Below, piece after piece: positions 46,335-56,667 of a DNA stretch of 64,000 bases; position 1 is the first letter of the stretch, and every line of letters starts with the position of its first letter. A model generated the notes under the pieces. The model was not told the DNA's origin, did not search any database, and worked only from the letters and a program-made list of their open reading frames with translations. A program made the position numbers and the translations under genes. Source of the DNA: Bryobacterales bacterium (GTDB taxonomy: Bacteria; Acidobacteriota; Terriglobia; Bryobacterales; UBA6623); assembly GCA_965238125.1 (NCBI GenBank), contig OZ250179.1, forward strand, positions 2,406,723 to 2,470,722. The letters are read 5' to 3'.

Positions 46335-49300
46335 TTAGCGCAGGTAGATGAACTCCTTCAAGTTGAAAAGCGCGTGAGCGATGTCTTTCCACACGGCGCG
46401 CGACTTCAGCAGCTCCTCGCGATTGACGCCGTGCAGCGAGCCCATCTCGGCCGCCAGGCCTCGCAGCCGGGTCAGTTCCGCGGCGTCAGGCCGACGAGCC
46501 AGTGCCGTTTCAAACATGTCGGCAATGCGTCTCTCTACATCCATCTCCGAATCGGCCATCACGCGATCAGCCCAGAAACCGGCTTGCTCGATCACGAAGG
46601 GGTGATTGAGCAACGCCAACGACTGCCCGGGAATATTCGTCACGTCGCGCCGCCCCCGACTCACGCCGGGATTCGGGAAATCAAACAGCTCGAGAAAACG
46701 GTCGCCCTCGTGACGGGTAACCTTGATGTAAATGCTTCGTCGGCCGCCGCCGTCGAGCGGCCCGGAATAGAGCTTGCGATATTCCTGCGGGTCTTCGCGG
46801 TAGGGATGAATACTGCTTCCGAACATCTCAGGGTTCAACGTGCCGGCTGTCGTCAAGATCGCATCGCGGACTAACTCCGCGTCCAACCGTCTGACCGGAT
46901 AGCGATGCAGCAGGAGATTGCCCGGGTCGCGCGCCCTACCGACTTCCGAAAGCGTGCTCGACTGACGAAACGTTTCGGTCAACACCAGTTGCCGTATCAG
47001 CTGCTTGATCGACCAGCCTTGTTCAATGAACTGCCCGGCCAGATGATCGAGCAATTCCGGATGCGACGGTTTCTCGCCGACGCGCCCGAAGTTGTTGACC
47101 GTCGCGACGATTCCGCAGCCGAAAACGTAGTGCCAGATGCGGTTGGCCATCACCCGCGCGGTGAGAGGGTTTTCGGGGTCGGCGATCGCCTCGGCGATTT
47201 CGCGCCGGCCGCTGCGCTCGACCTCAAAACCATTGGGGGCTTTCGTGATCAATTGCAGAAAGCCGCGGGGCGCGGGCTCGCCCAAGTTCTTGGGATCGCC
47301 GCGCTTCATGATCGGGTAGTCGCGGCCTTCCTCGACATCGGCCATCCCGTAGACCACGCGGGGCTCGGGAACATCGGACTCGACGGCGCGATATCGTCCG
47401 ACCAAATCCGCCAAGCGCCGGTCGACGTGCACCGAATTGGCGACCAGTTCGTTGTCCACCAACCAGTCCACCCAGCGGGCATCGTCGTCGGTCGCGCGGC
47501 CGGCGGCCCAGGCCTCGATCGCCCTGGCACCCTCGGCGGCAAAACGTTGAGCCAGCTCTTCGAAGCTTTTCGGCGACGAGCCGTCGAAGAGGCGTTTGAG
47601 ATGGGTCAGTTCGTCCTCGGGTACGGCTTCGCAGTCGTGGACTACCACGCGAGCAATCCCGAAATACGAGCGCGGCTGGTCGAGCAACGAAAGGTCGAGC
47701 CCCTCCATGCGGCCCGGGCGATCCGGAAAGCGCGGGTTGTCGTGCCGCGTCGCCATTTCGACATAGAAGGGATAGGAATGCTGCTCGAAGCGGGTGGGAA
47801 TCCGCACCCATTCGAGATTGTTGTTGTCGATCGGCTTGTAATCCTCGGCCAACATGCAGTTGTCGAGCGTGGCCCGCCAGGAACCGAGCTTGCCGCCCAT
47901 CACCTGCATGCTGACGAAGAGCTTGTCTTGCGGCACAAAGGGCGATCGGATCGCCGCGTTGAATTTCTCGGAAAGCGCGTGGGTGTACAGACCGGCGGGA
48001 AAGACGCCGCCCAGCACGCGGGGGCCCTCGGGAGCGATCGTGAATTCGCCGGGCGGTGAGGCGGCGTCGGTCAGCGCCTGCCCTTCGCCGGACCAATCAT
48101 GGAGCGAGCCGTCACGGAAGTCGACGAAGTCCTCGAAATAGACCCGGTTGAACTCGACGCGCGAAGCGGTTTCCTTGTGATAGCGGGCGGTGAGGCTCTT
48201 CCAGTTTTCGAGGAAATCACCCGCTGCTTGGTCGGCGAGTCGAGTAAGCTCGACCCAGAGATAGAGGGGGTCGTCCCATTTGATTTTCTCCCGCGCGAAA
48301 AGGACCGGAGCGGGAGTGTCTTCTTTCTCGGCGTCGGTGGCATCCTTGTCGGCCGACTTGTCGGCGTCGGCAGCGGGCTCTTGATCGGCCTCGGCGTTTT
48401 CCGTGTCGGTGTCGGCGGGTTTGTCGTCCGCTTCAGCCGACTCGGCTTCTTTCGCCTCGGCCTCTTCGGCCTCTTCTTTGTCAGGGCGTGGGCGATGTTT
48501 CCACGAGGAGTACGCCTCGCTCAGCCGCGTGGCGATTTGAGTGTCTTGCTTGATCCACAGCGAAGCCAAAGCGTCGCGAATCTTGGGCTTGAGTTGCCGC
48601 ATCTTCTCGCGGCGGGCTTCGTTGAGCTCGCGGGTGTCGAGCGTCCGCGTCACCAGTCGCGAGCTGCTAAGCACGCTGTAGAGCCCGTAGTAGTCTTTGG
48701 TCGGAATCGGGTCGAGCTTGTGATCGTGGCAGCGGGCGCAGGCAATCGTCAGCCCTTGGAAGGCCTTCCCGAGCACATCGATCTGGTCGTCGACGACATC
48801 CGTTCGGACCTCGCGGAAAAGAATGCAATCGTCGTGGCCTTGTTCGCCGAGGCGATAGAAATTCAGCCCGGCAAGCGATTCGTTAATGCCGTCTTGCTCG
48901 TTGATGCGCGACTCGTCGAGCAGGTCGCCCGCGATATGCTCGCGGATGAGTTGATCATAAGGTACGTCTTTGTTGAAAGCCCGAATCAAGTAATCGCGGT
49001 AGTGCGACGCCCCGTTGAGCTCGTAATTCCAGTCGTTACCGAAAGTCTCGGCGAAGCGCACCACGTCCATCCAATGCCGCGCCCAGTGCTCGCCGAAATG
49101 GACGGAGGCCAACAGCTCTTCGACCGCCTTTTCGTAACCGGCGGACGAGGGGTCGGCGGCGAATCGGGCCAGCTGCTCGGGGCTTGGCGGAAGGCCCGTC
49201 AGCACGAAACTCACACGGCGGAGCAAGGTTGCCGGATCGGCCGCGGGGGCGGGCGCAAGTTCGGCCTCGACAAGCTTGCGGCGAATGAAACGGTCAACCG

Positions 49301-49826
49301 GCGAAAGCGCCTTTCCGGAGGGGTCCTGTCGCGGCGGCGCAACTTTCTTCACAGGCTGAAACGCCCAATGCTCCCTCGTGATCTGCTCGTAAAATTCCGG
49401 GTCGCCGGAACCGAGCGGTTGATCTTTCTCGGCGGGCCAGGGCGCGCCTATCGAGATCCACTTTTCGATCGCCGCGATTTGGCCGTCGGCAAGCTTCCCG
49501 CTGGGAGGCATTTCGAAGCCTTCATGACGGACAACTCGGGCAAGAAGACTGCTTTCGGCATCGCCGAGAATGATCGCCGGTCCGCGGCTGCCGCCGGCCA
49601 GAATCGCCTCGCGCGAATCGAGCCGCAACCCCTTCTGTTGTAATTGCGAGCCGTGGCAGACATAGCACTGTTCGGCGAGTACCGGCCGCACTTCTTTCTC
49701 GAAAAATTCGAGGTCTTCGGCGGAACCATCGGCGGCCTGTAGGGGAGAGACCGCGGCCGAGACGAAAAACAGAAGAAGGGCCGCGCCGAACCGGCCCGCG
49801 AAACAAATCGTCCCCCGAAAAATCAT
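46335..49826 (-). CDS. PSCyt1/PSCyt2(DUF1549)/PSD1(DUF1553) planctomycete cytochrome-c domain protein
   Basis: FFEKEVRPVLAEQCYVCHG plus the CARCHDHKLDPI motif. ATG 49826 (MIFRGTICFAGRFGAALLLFFVSAAVSPLQA) is preferred, because the upstream part of the ORF lies in a repeat. Confidence 0.9.
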   Translation of the reverse strand: MIFRGTICFAGRFGAALLLFFVSAAVSPLQAADGSAEDLEFFEKEVRPVLAEQCYVCHGSQLQQKGLRLDSREAILAGGSRGPAIILGDAESSLLARVVRHEGFEMPPSGKLADGQIAAIEKWISIGAPWPAEKDQPLGSGDPEFYEQITREHWAFQPVKKVAPPRQDPSGKALSPVDRFIRRKLVEAELAPAPAADPATLLRRVSFVLTGLPPSPEQLARFAADPSSAGYEKAVEELLASVHFGEHWARHWMDVVRFAETFGNDWNYELNGASHYRDYLIRAFNKDVPYDQLIREHIAGDLLDESRINEQDGINESLAGLNFYRLGEQGHDDCILFREVRTDVVDDQIDVLGKAFQGLTIACARCHDHKLDPIPTKDYYGLYSVLSSSRLVTRTLDTRELNEARREKMRQLKPKIRDALASLWIKQDTQIATRLSEAYSSWKHRPRPDKEEAEEAEAKEAESAEADDKPADTDTENAEADQEPAADADKSADKDATDAEKEDTPAPVLFAREKIKWDDPLYLWVELTRLADQAAGDFLENWKSLTARYHKETASRVEFNRVYFEDFVDFRDGSLHDWSGEGQALTDAASPPGEFTIAPEGPRVLGGVFPAGLYTHALSEKFNAAIRSPFVPQDKLFVSMQVMGGKLGSWRATLDNCMLAEDYKPIDNNNLEWVRIPTRFEQHSYPFYVEMATRHDNPRFPDRPGRMEGLDLSLLDQPRSYFGIARVVVHDCEAVPEDELTHLKRLFDGSSPKSFEELAQRFAAEGARAIEAWAAGRATDDDARWVDWLVDNELVANSVHVDRRLADLVGRYRAVESDVPEPRVVYGMADVEEGRDYPIMKRGDPKNLGEPAPRGFLQLITKAPNGFEVERSGRREIAEAIADPENPLTARVMANRIWHYVFGCGIVATVNNFGRVGEKPSHPELLDHLAGQFIEQGWSIKQLIRQLVLTETFRQSSTLSEVGRARDPGNLLLHRYPVRRLDAELVRDAILTTAGTLNPEMFGSSIHPYREDPQEYRKLYSGPLDGGGRRSIYIKVTRHEGDRFLELFDFPNPGVSRGRRDVTNIPGQSLALLNHPFVIEQAGFWADRVMADSEMDVERRIADMFETALARRPDAAELTRLRGLAAEMGSLHGVNREELLKSRAVWKDIAHALFNLKEFIYLR

Positions 49827-49862
49827 GCTGGTTCCAGTGTAACGCCCCCCCAACCGCCAGGA

Positions 49863-49968
49863 GCGAAAAAGGGGGGCTGCCACCGATTTTCGCCTACCCA
49901 ACTGCGTCAAGTCCAAATCAGTCCCAGCGAAAATCGGCTGACTGTCCCCCTTTTTCGCGTAGCCGGAC
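49863..49968. repeat. Inverted pair of family 3 repeat arms
   Basis: gcgaaaaaggggggctgccaccgattttcgc ... gcgaaaatcggctgactgtccccctttttcgcgtagccggac. Confidence 0.75.
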
Positions 49969-50099
49969 TTTCACCGGCCTGCCGGCCCGCACCCTCCGCG
50001 AATCCTTGCGCCTGTCACACCTCGTGAGGCGAGATAGAATAGATACGAACGTTCTACAACTGCCGAGAAACGCTCTCCATCCCACTCCGCGGTAATATC

Positions 50100-52820
50100 A
50101 TGACCCTGCGATTCCATTCCCGCCCTCTTCTAACCGCCGTTGTTGCCGCAGCGTTACTCTCCCCGCTTCCCGCCGCCGATATCGCAATCGACGAGCTGCC
50201 CCCGGCGGCCGACCGCGAGATCGACTTCGACGCCGACATCGAACCTATCTTCCAAAAGCGTTGCTACGCCTGCCACGGCGACGATGTCGAAATGAACGGC
50301 TACAGCCTTTGGCGCAAGAAAGAGGCGATGCTCGGGGGATATTCGGGTCAGCCGGCTATTCTCTCGGGCGACAGCGAACACAGCCGCTTGATTCACCTGG
50401 TCGCGGGACTGGAAAAAAACCTCGTGATGCCGCCGGCCGGGGGGAAATTGACCAGCGAGGAAATCGCGGTGCTGCGGGCTTGGATCGATCAGGGCGTGAA
50501 ATGGGCGAACGATCCCGACCGCGAAAGACGCCGCGCCGAAGAGACGCAATGGCTTGAGATGGATTACGGTCCCGTGATTTCAGCGGCGATTACGGTGCGC
50601 GAGCCCGAGGACCCGCGCGCCGACAAAGGTCCCGACGACAACATCAGCTATAAGTCCCACGCCGTCCGGCTTCCGATCGATAGTGACCACGGCGCGGCCA
50701 AGGGCGGCATCATCTTCGACACCGAGCTACTGCGCTACTCGGCCGGGTGGAACGGCGGGTTCTTGAACTTGAAAGGGACGGTCTATGACTGGAGTCACGG
50801 CCCGCACCCTTTCATCGACGGCAAACCCATTTTTGAAACCCCCGTGGCACCGGGTTGGGCGCGTGACGGCAGCTTCACCGATCCACGCGAGGAGGGCTTC
50901 GGTCCGCTGCCGGCCGATTGGGCGAAATATCGCGGGCGGTATGTTCACGGAAAGAAGACGATTCTGTCGTATACGGTGGCCGAAACGGGTGTTCTCGATC
51001 TGCCGGGTTGGCTGGAATCCGAGGGTTTCGAAATCATTACGAGAACGCTCGAGATTGAACCCTCAAAACGAGACCTCCATCTCGAAGTCGCCGCAAACAC
51101 GGCCGGCGAAGCCCGGGCCGTCGCGCTCGGTGATTTGACCCCGAGCGAGGGCGCGGCGCGCGAAACCATTGCGGTGCTCGGCAAGACGATGCCATCGGTC
51201 GCGGGCCTGGTCGGAGCGGGGGAATCGGCCCGTTGGGTCTTCGACGATGCGAATCACATTCGGCTACGCTTGCCCCCCTCGAACGAAACTCGGCGGTTGA
51301 CCCTGCTCTACGCCAAAGTGGGCGAGGATCAAATCGCGGCGTTCGCTCGCGCGGTGCGTCTCGCCCCGAAACCGGAAGCGCTAAAGCCCTACACGCGAGG
51401 CGGCCCCACGCGCTTCCCCGAAACCATCGAGTTGGCGGGCAAGTTAGGTCGGGCAAGCGACGCCTACGCGATCGACGAAATTGCTCTGCCGTTTGAAAAT
51501 CCTTGGAAGTCCTGGATTCGCCCCGGTGACTTCGCGTTTTTCTCCGACGACCGCGCGGCGATGAGCACCTGGAGCGGTGATATCTGGATTGTCGACGGCG
51601 TCGACGACGACCTCGATAAGCTGACCTGGAAACGCTACGCGACCGGCTTCCACATGCCGATGGGACTCGAAGTCGTCGACGACGTTCTCTATGTCCTCGA
51701 CCGCGACCAGATCACTCGCTTACACGATCTCAACGGCGACGGCGAACCCGACTTCTACGAAAATTTCAACAACGACTTCCACGTCACACATCATTTCCAC
51801 GAGTTCACGCTTGACCTCGACCGTGACCACGAGGGCAATTTCATCTTTGCCAAAGCCGCGCGCCACGCTTTGCCCGCCAAGGTGAAACACCACGGGACGA
51901 TCATGAAAGTCGACCCCGAGGGTAAAAACCTCGAAATCGTCTGCACCGGGTTCCGCGTCCCGAACGGCGTGGCCGTGGGTCCCAACGGCGAGATCACCAC
52001 CTCGGACCAAGAGGGCCACTGGATTCCCTCAACGCGCATCAACTGGTGCAGCCCCGGCAGCTACCACGGCTATAAGTGGGGCGGCAGCATTCCCGACCGC
52101 CAAGACTACGACAACCCGATCACGTTTCTGCCGATCAACTTCGACAATTCCGGCGCCGGGCAAGCCTGGGTACCGAACGATCGCTGGGGGCCGTTCAAGG
52201 GCCATCTCGTCCACACCTCGTTCGGGCGCGGCAAGGTGTATCTCGTCCTGATGGAAAAAGTCGGCGGAGAGATCCAAGGCGGCGCGGTGGAATTTCCCGT
52301 TCTCACCAATACCGGTTTGATGCGGCCTGATTTCCGCGAAAAGGACGGCCAACTCTACCTCACCGGCCTATGGGGTTGGGGCACGAAGCGGCCCGACGCG
52401 GGCGGTTTCTATCGCATGCGCTACACCGGTAAGCCCGTTTATATGCCGGCGGCGCTCAAAGTAAACAAGGCGGGCATCGCCGTCACATTCACCCAACCGC
52501 TCGACCGAGCGTCGGTCGAGGATCTCGCGAACTACACGGTTCGGCGTTGGAACTACAAATGGACGACGCGTTACGGCTCCGATCTCTTCAAGCTCAACGG
52601 CGAACTAGGAACCGAGGAAGTTACGCTGAAGGCGGCGAGTTTATCGAAAGACGGCAAGACGATTCTGCTCAAAGTCGACGACCTCAAGGAAGTGATGCAA
52701 ATGCAGTTGAACCTGAGCCTCAAGGCCGCCGACGGCACCCGCATCGAGCAGGTCCTGTATCACACGATCAACACGCTGTCGAGCGAGGCGGGGACGCCGG
52801 TAACGGCGAGTTTCCGGTAA
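50100..52820 (+). CDS. PSCyt1 cytochrome-c domain protein with beta-propeller (PVC-type membrane-bound dehydrogenase-like) region
   Basis: IEPIFQKRCYACHG..SRLIHLVAG..MPP..LTSEEIAVLRAWIDQG. Later DLNGDGEPDFYENF and propeller-like repeats. Confidence 0.75.
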   Translation: MTLRFHSRPLLTAVVAAALLSPLPAADIAIDELPPAADREIDFDADIEPIFQKRCYACHGDDVEMNGYSLWRKKEAMLGGYSGQPAILSGDSEHSRLIHLVAGLEKNLVMPPAGGKLTSEEIAVLRAWIDQGVKWANDPDRERRRAEETQWLEMDYGPVISAAITVREPEDPRADKGPDDNISYKSHAVRLPIDSDHGAAKGGIIFDTELLRYSAGWNGGFLNLKGTVYDWSHGPHPFIDGKPIFETPVAPGWARDGSFTDPREEGFGPLPADWAKYRGRYVHGKKTILSYTVAETGVLDLPGWLESEGFEIITRTLEIEPSKRDLHLEVAANTAGEARAVALGDLTPSEGAARETIAVLGKTMPSVAGLVGAGESARWVFDDANHIRLRLPPSNETRRLTLLYAKVGEDQIAAFARAVRLAPKPEALKPYTRGGPTRFPETIELAGKLGRASDAYAIDEIALPFENPWKSWIRPGDFAFFSDDRAAMSTWSGDIWIVDGVDDDLDKLTWKRYATGFHMPMGLEVVDDVLYVLDRDQITRLHDLNGDGEPDFYENFNNDFHVTHHFHEFTLDLDRDHEGNFIFAKAARHALPAKVKHHGTIMKVDPEGKNLEIVCTGFRVPNGVAVGPNGEITTSDQEGHWIPSTRINWCSPGSYHGYKWGGSIPDRQDYDNPITFLPINFDNSGAGQAWVPNDRWGPFKGHLVHTSFGRGKVYLVLMEKVGGEIQGGAVEFPVLTNTGLMRPDFREKDGQLYLTGLWGWGTKRPDAGGFYRMRYTGKPVYMPAALKVNKAGIAVTFTQPLDRASVEDLANYTVRRWNYKWTTRYGSDLFKLNGELGTEEVTLKAASLSKDGKTILLKVDDLKEVMQMQLNLSLKAADGTRIEQVLYHTINTLSSEAGTPVTASFR

Positions 52821-52837
52821 GCGGTGTGTTCTTGGGT

Positions 52838-53080
52838 TCAGTTGACCCGACGATAGAACTGCGCCGGGATGGATGTTTGGCTGGGCTCAGCGGCCTTTTC
52901 ACCCTGAGATTCAGCGGCCTCTTCGCGTTTTCGTCTTTCGATAGCGGTTTTTCTCTTGGCTTCACGGACCGCTTGGCGGTATTCGAAACCGTGCAGCCGA
53001 TCGCGGACCCATTGCTTCGTTTGGGCCGCCGTCATTACAATTTTCGGCAACTCTAACTGAACCGGTCGGCGTCTTCCCAT
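52838..53080 (-). CDS. Small basic hypothetical protein
   Basis: 80-aa ORF in a gap downstream of the M48 gene. The only support is the ORF and a helical, charged sequence. Confidence 0.3.
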   Translation of the reverse strand: MGRRRPVQLELPKIVMTAAQTKQWVRDRLHGFEYRQAVREAKRKTAIERRKREEAAESQGEKAAEPSQTSIPAQFYRRVN

Positions 53081-53122
53081 CGATCAAGCCCTCGCTCTTC
53101 TTATTCTATGGTGGGCGTCAAA

Positions 53123-53998
53123 TCAAGGCGTCGGAGAGGAGTTTTCCCGCCCGGCTTCACGGTTTCCCCAGGGCCTGGTATTGCCTTGGTCCGACCAACC
53201 GTTCCCTTCGGCGAGCCGGCGCAACCGCTCCATCCGACCCTCGCTCCAAGGGTGCGTGGAAAGGTAACTCGCGGCGCGGGAGTCCCACACCGATTCCTCG
53301 TCGGCGAGGTGTTTGAAAAAGTCCTCCGCGCCGGCCACATGCCCGTACTCTCGCTGGACCATCTCAAGCCCGAAACGGTCGGCCGCAAACTCCTGCTCTC
53401 GGCTGAACCGCCGGTCGGTCACGTGATGGGCGATCGTCATGAAATCGGTGACGCCACCTCCGCCGGCCGCGACTCCGATTGCGGTCATCGCGAGCGCTGT
53501 CACGACCTGCCGGCCGAGCCCGCGCAAATGATCGCGGTTCCGAAAATGTCCCAATTCGTGACCCAGAATGAACGCCAGTTCGTTTTCGCTCTCCACCCTG
53601 TCGAGCAGTCCCGACGTCACCACCACCGCGCCGCCGGGCAGCGCGAAGGCATTGGGAAGCGTCTCCGGCGTCACTCCGGTTTGAAAGCGATAAGGAACGT
53701 CGGGCCAGTGGGACGCCAGCCGTTCAATGAGTTGTTGCAAAGTTTCGTCGACGGCATGTTGCTTCACGCCCGCCGCCGTCATCATCTCTTGCCCCCACCC
53801 CTCGAAAGCTCGTATCTCCCACGAGAAGGGAACCCACCCCATCAGCAGGTCCATCGAGAAAGAGATTAGGGCCAGGAGCACGACGAGACAGGCGCCGACG
53901 CCGACTACCAGAACCAGCGTCTCTTTGCGCGGGTCGGTTTTCGAAACGTTGATGCGGTCGGTGGGAAGCCGGGCGGTGTATTTCATCGATCCGACCAA
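53123..53998 (-). CDS. M48-family zinc metallopeptidase, membrane-anchored
   Basis: HELGHFRNRDHL (HExxH) with downstream EQEFAADRFG. N-terminal TM segment LVLVVGVGACLVVLLALISF. Confidence 0.85.
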   Translation of the reverse strand: MVGSMKYTARLPTDRINVSKTDPRKETLVLVVGVGACLVVLLALISFSMDLLMGWVPFSWEIRAFEGWGQEMMTAAGVKQHAVDETLQQLIERLASHWPDVPYRFQTGVTPETLPNAFALPGGAVVVTSGLLDRVESENELAFILGHELGHFRNRDHLRGLGRQVVTALAMTAIGVAAGGGGVTDFMTIAHHVTDRRFSREQEFAADRFGLEMVQREYGHVAGAEDFFKHLADEESVWDSRAASYLSTHPWSEGRMERLRRLAEGNGWSDQGNTRPWGNREAGRENSSPTP

Positions 53999-54017
53999 GA
54001 GGCAGTCTTGTGATCGA

Positions 54018-54482
54018 TCAGTTTTCGGCGAGCTTCACAGCGGTTCCGAACGCGAGGATCTCCACCCCGGCCGTGCCTTGATTGGCGGACCCCGCTATGC
54101 GCGACGTTTCGAGCCGCACGTTAATGATCGCCTGGCAGCCCTGAGCAGACGCTTCTTCTTTCATGCGCAGCAAGGCCTCGCGCCGGCCGCGATCGAGCAA
54201 CGATTCATAGGATTTCAACCGTCCCCCAACGAGCATCCGCAACCCCGCCAGGAAGCGCTTGAAGTAGTCCACCGAAACCACCACACTGCCGGTCACCAAT
54301 ACGCTCGATTCAATCTTCCAACCGGCGGGCGGGGAACGGAAGTTCACCGCCGGCATCGACATCATCTCCAATTCGCGGGCGCGAATGCGGCGGTAGTGTG
54401 CTTCTTCCAGGTAGCTGCCGGCGAGATACCCGAGCATCATCAGGAGAAGGAAAATGCCGAAATTGACGGCCAGCTCGATCAT
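54018..54482 (-). CDS. YbjQ/UPF0145-family protein with N-terminal TM segment
   Basis: LAVNFGIFLLLMMLGYLAG, then GSVVVSVDYFKRFLAGLRMLVGGRLKSYESLLDRGRREALLRMKEEA..GCQAIINVRLE. Confidence 0.75.
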   Translation of the reverse strand: MIELAVNFGIFLLLMMLGYLAGSYLEEAHYRRIRARELEMMSMPAVNFRSPPAGWKIESSVLVTGSVVVSVDYFKRFLAGLRMLVGGRLKSYESLLDRGRREALLRMKEEASAQGCQAIINVRLETSRIAGSANQGTAGVEILAFGTAVKLAEN

Positions 54483-54493
54483 CGTCGAACTCG

Positions 54494-54808
54494 CTATTCC
54501 ACGCGAACGGCCGTTCCGTAAGCGAACAATTCCGCCGCGCCCTGGGCCACCGAACTTGTCGAAAAACGAACATTGACGACCGCGTTAGCCCCGACCGATT
54601 GGGCCTCGGCGGTCATGCGTTGGATGGCCTCTTGCCGGGCTTCGTTGAGAAGCTCGGTATAGCTGGTCAATTCTCCACCGATAATGTTCTTGAGCCCGGC
54701 GAGCAGGTCTTTACCAAAGTGCTTGGCGCGCACGGTGCTGCCGCTGACCACACCGAAAAACTCGACGATCCGCATGCCCGGTACTTCTTCGGTATTGGTG
54801 ATGATCAC
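54494..54808 (-). CDS. YbjQ/UPF0145-family protein
   Basis: GTG start gives (M)IITNTEEVPGMRIVEFFGVVSGSTVRAKHFGKDLLAGLKNIIGGELTSYTELLNEARQEAIQRM..GANAVVNVRF. Confidence 0.8.
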   Translation of the reverse strand: MIITNTEEVPGMRIVEFFGVVSGSTVRAKHFGKDLLAGLKNIIGGELTSYTELLNEARQEAIQRMTAEAQSVGANAVVNVRFSTSSVAQGAAELFAYGTAVRVE

Positions 54809-55023
54809 GTTCGCTCCCGTCTTGCCGCTCGGAGTCGGACTCTGACAAAAGGCCGGGACGACGCGCCCCGGTAGTGCTACCTTAGCATAGCCCCGGGTAT
54901 GAATTACTCTAAGGGGAACACCGTAAATCGTTTGAATTGAATGAGTTTTGGATTTCGTTCCACCAAATCGTCCCGCGCGCGGGCATTCCGTGCTCCGATC
55001 CGCTACCATGCTTGGTCAATCCC

Positions 55024-55740
55024 ATGCGTAGCGACAACAGACAATCCGACGAACCACGTCCCACCTCCATTCAACCCGGCTATTTGCCCACCGCCGAAGG
55101 CTCCGCGCTGATCGAGGTCGGCAATACGAGAGTGATTTGCTCGGCCTCGGTCGAGCAGGGCGTACCGTCCTTCCTGCGAGGCAGCGGCCGCGGCTGGGTC
55201 ACCGCCGAATACGCCATGCTCCCGCGTTCGACCTCCACGCGCACCCAACGCGAAGTCAGCCGCGGGCGAGTCGGCGGACGCACGCACGAAATCCAGCGGC
55301 TGATCGGGCGTTCGCTGCGAGCGGTGACGGACCTCGACAAACTCGGCGAGCGAACGGTCTTCATCGACTGCGACGTGCTGGTCGCCGACGGGGGAACACG
55401 GACGGCGGCAATCACCGGGGGCTGGGTCGCGCTGGCGCTGGCAGCCAAACAGATGGTGGATTTCTCGATGATCAACGCTATGCCGCTCAACGATCACGTC
55501 GCCGCCACCAGCGTCGGCATCATCGACGACACCCCTTTGCTTGACTTGTGTTACGAGGAGGACTCCCGCGCCGGCGTCGACATGAATGTCGTGATGAACT
55601 CGGCCGGGGAATACGTCGAGGTGCAAGCCACCGCCGAAGGGCAGCTCTTCAACGGCGATCAATTGCAGGACTTGCTCGCGTTGGCCGGCAAAGGCGTCGA
55701 GCAATTGATGGAGTTGCAAAAGGAAATCATCACGCTGTGA
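55024..55740 (+). CDS. rph: Ribonuclease PH
   Basis: RPTSIQPGYLPTAEGSALIEVGNTRVICSASV..GWVTAEYAMLPRST..RTHEIQRLIGRSLR..DCDVLVADGGTRTAAITG. Confidence 0.9.
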   Translation: MRSDNRQSDEPRPTSIQPGYLPTAEGSALIEVGNTRVICSASVEQGVPSFLRGSGRGWVTAEYAMLPRSTSTRTQREVSRGRVGGRTHEIQRLIGRSLRAVTDLDKLGERTVFIDCDVLVADGGTRTAAITGGWVALALAAKQMVDFSMINAMPLNDHVAATSVGIIDDTPLLDLCYEEDSRAGVDMNVVMNSAGEYVEVQATAEGQLFNGDQLQDLLALAGKGVEQLMELQKEIITL

Positions 55741-56357
55741 ACGCGGTCGCACTCTATTGCGCCACCGCGAACCCGGGCAAACAACGAGAATTCCAACAGG
55801 CGGCCGGCGGCGATTTCTTCGTTCATCGCCTCGACGCTTGCGACTGTCCCGAAGAGGGGCATAGCTTCGAGGAAAACGCCGTCTCAAAAGCGCTTTGTTA
55901 CAGTCGGGCGTTCCGACCCAAGGATCATTCGGGAAACGAGGGGCTGGTCTTCGCCGATGACTCCGGGCTCGTCGTCGACGCGTTGGACGGGGCTCCCGGG
56001 ATCTACTCCGCGCGTTATGCCGGCCCCGGAACCGACGACGAAGCGAACAATCGCCTGCTGATCGAGAAGCTTTCGGGAGTCCTCGACAGCAAGCGCACCG
56101 GCCGTTTCGTTTGCTGTATCGCGCTGGTCCGCGGCGAGCAGGTGTTGGGCACCTTCGAGGAAAGCGCGGAGGGCCGCATTCTTAATGCCCCGGCGGGCGA
56201 GGGCGGATTCGGCTACGACCCGTTGTTTTTCTATCCGCCGCTGGGCGTGACGTTTGCCGAAGTTGCCGCGGAAACCAAGTGGGAGCACAGCCACCGCGGC
56301 AAAGCGTTTCGAGCGATGTTGGAAATGCTCAAGCGCAGACCGATCCCCACCGACTGA
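55737..56357 (+). CDS. rdgB: Non-canonical purine NTP pyrophosphatase (RdgB/HAM1)
   Basis: GTG overlaps the rph stop (gTGa). Contains ATANPGKQREF, ADDSGLVVDALDGAPGIYSARYAG, GFGYDPLF and SHRGKA. Confidence 0.9.
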   Translation: MNAVALYCATANPGKQREFQQAAGGDFFVHRLDACDCPEEGHSFEENAVSKALCYSRAFRPKDHSGNEGLVFADDSGLVVDALDGAPGIYSARYAGPGTDDEANNRLLIEKLSGVLDSKRTGRFVCCIALVRGEQVLGTFEESAEGRILNAPAGEGGFGYDPLFFYPPLGVTFAEVAAETKWEHSHRGKAFRAMLEMLKRRPIPTD

Positions 56358-56392
56358 ACGCCGCAATCCCCCGATGCCGAACGTCCCGACGT

Positions 56393-56439
56393 GGCGCGCG
56401 TCTCCAGACGTGCCGTGTCACTATTCCTGGCGACATGTC
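56393..56439 (-). repeat. Intergenic hairpin repeat, family 1 (degenerate, inverted)
   Basis: The reverse complement reads gacatgtcgccaggaatagtgacacggcacgtctggagacgcgcgc. Confidence 0.65.
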
Positions 56440-56519
56440 TTCCCTGAAAACCCCCTCTCGAGGGCTCGGCGGATCACGTTGTAGCCCATGAAACCACAAC
56501 CATCTGTAGCCGCGATCTG

Positions 56520-56625
56520 TAGCCGCGAAGCGGCGGCGGGAATATAGCCTAGGGCGGAGCCGGAACGGCGGAACCCTGGCTGGAATCCCCACCACGGTGA
56601 GCCCTGAAAGGGCGCCGGGAAGCCC
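56520..56625 (+). repeat. Intergenic repeat family 4
   Basis: tagccgcgaagcggcggcgggaatatagcctagggcggag..gcggaaccctggc..gagccctgaaagggcgccggga. Confidence 0.65.
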
Positions 56626-56667
56626 TCGCCCGACCTTTCGCGGAGTCGGCCCCGCCGCCGCCGCCCG

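Noticed and set aside
49960-49990. ggtgaaagtccgg (minus strand), reminiscent of cobalamin-riboswitch or RNase P conserved strings
   Set aside because: The downstream B12-box-like elements are absent. The string is part of repeat family 3, and the same gtccggct(a/g)cgcgaaaaa junction recurs at 42185.
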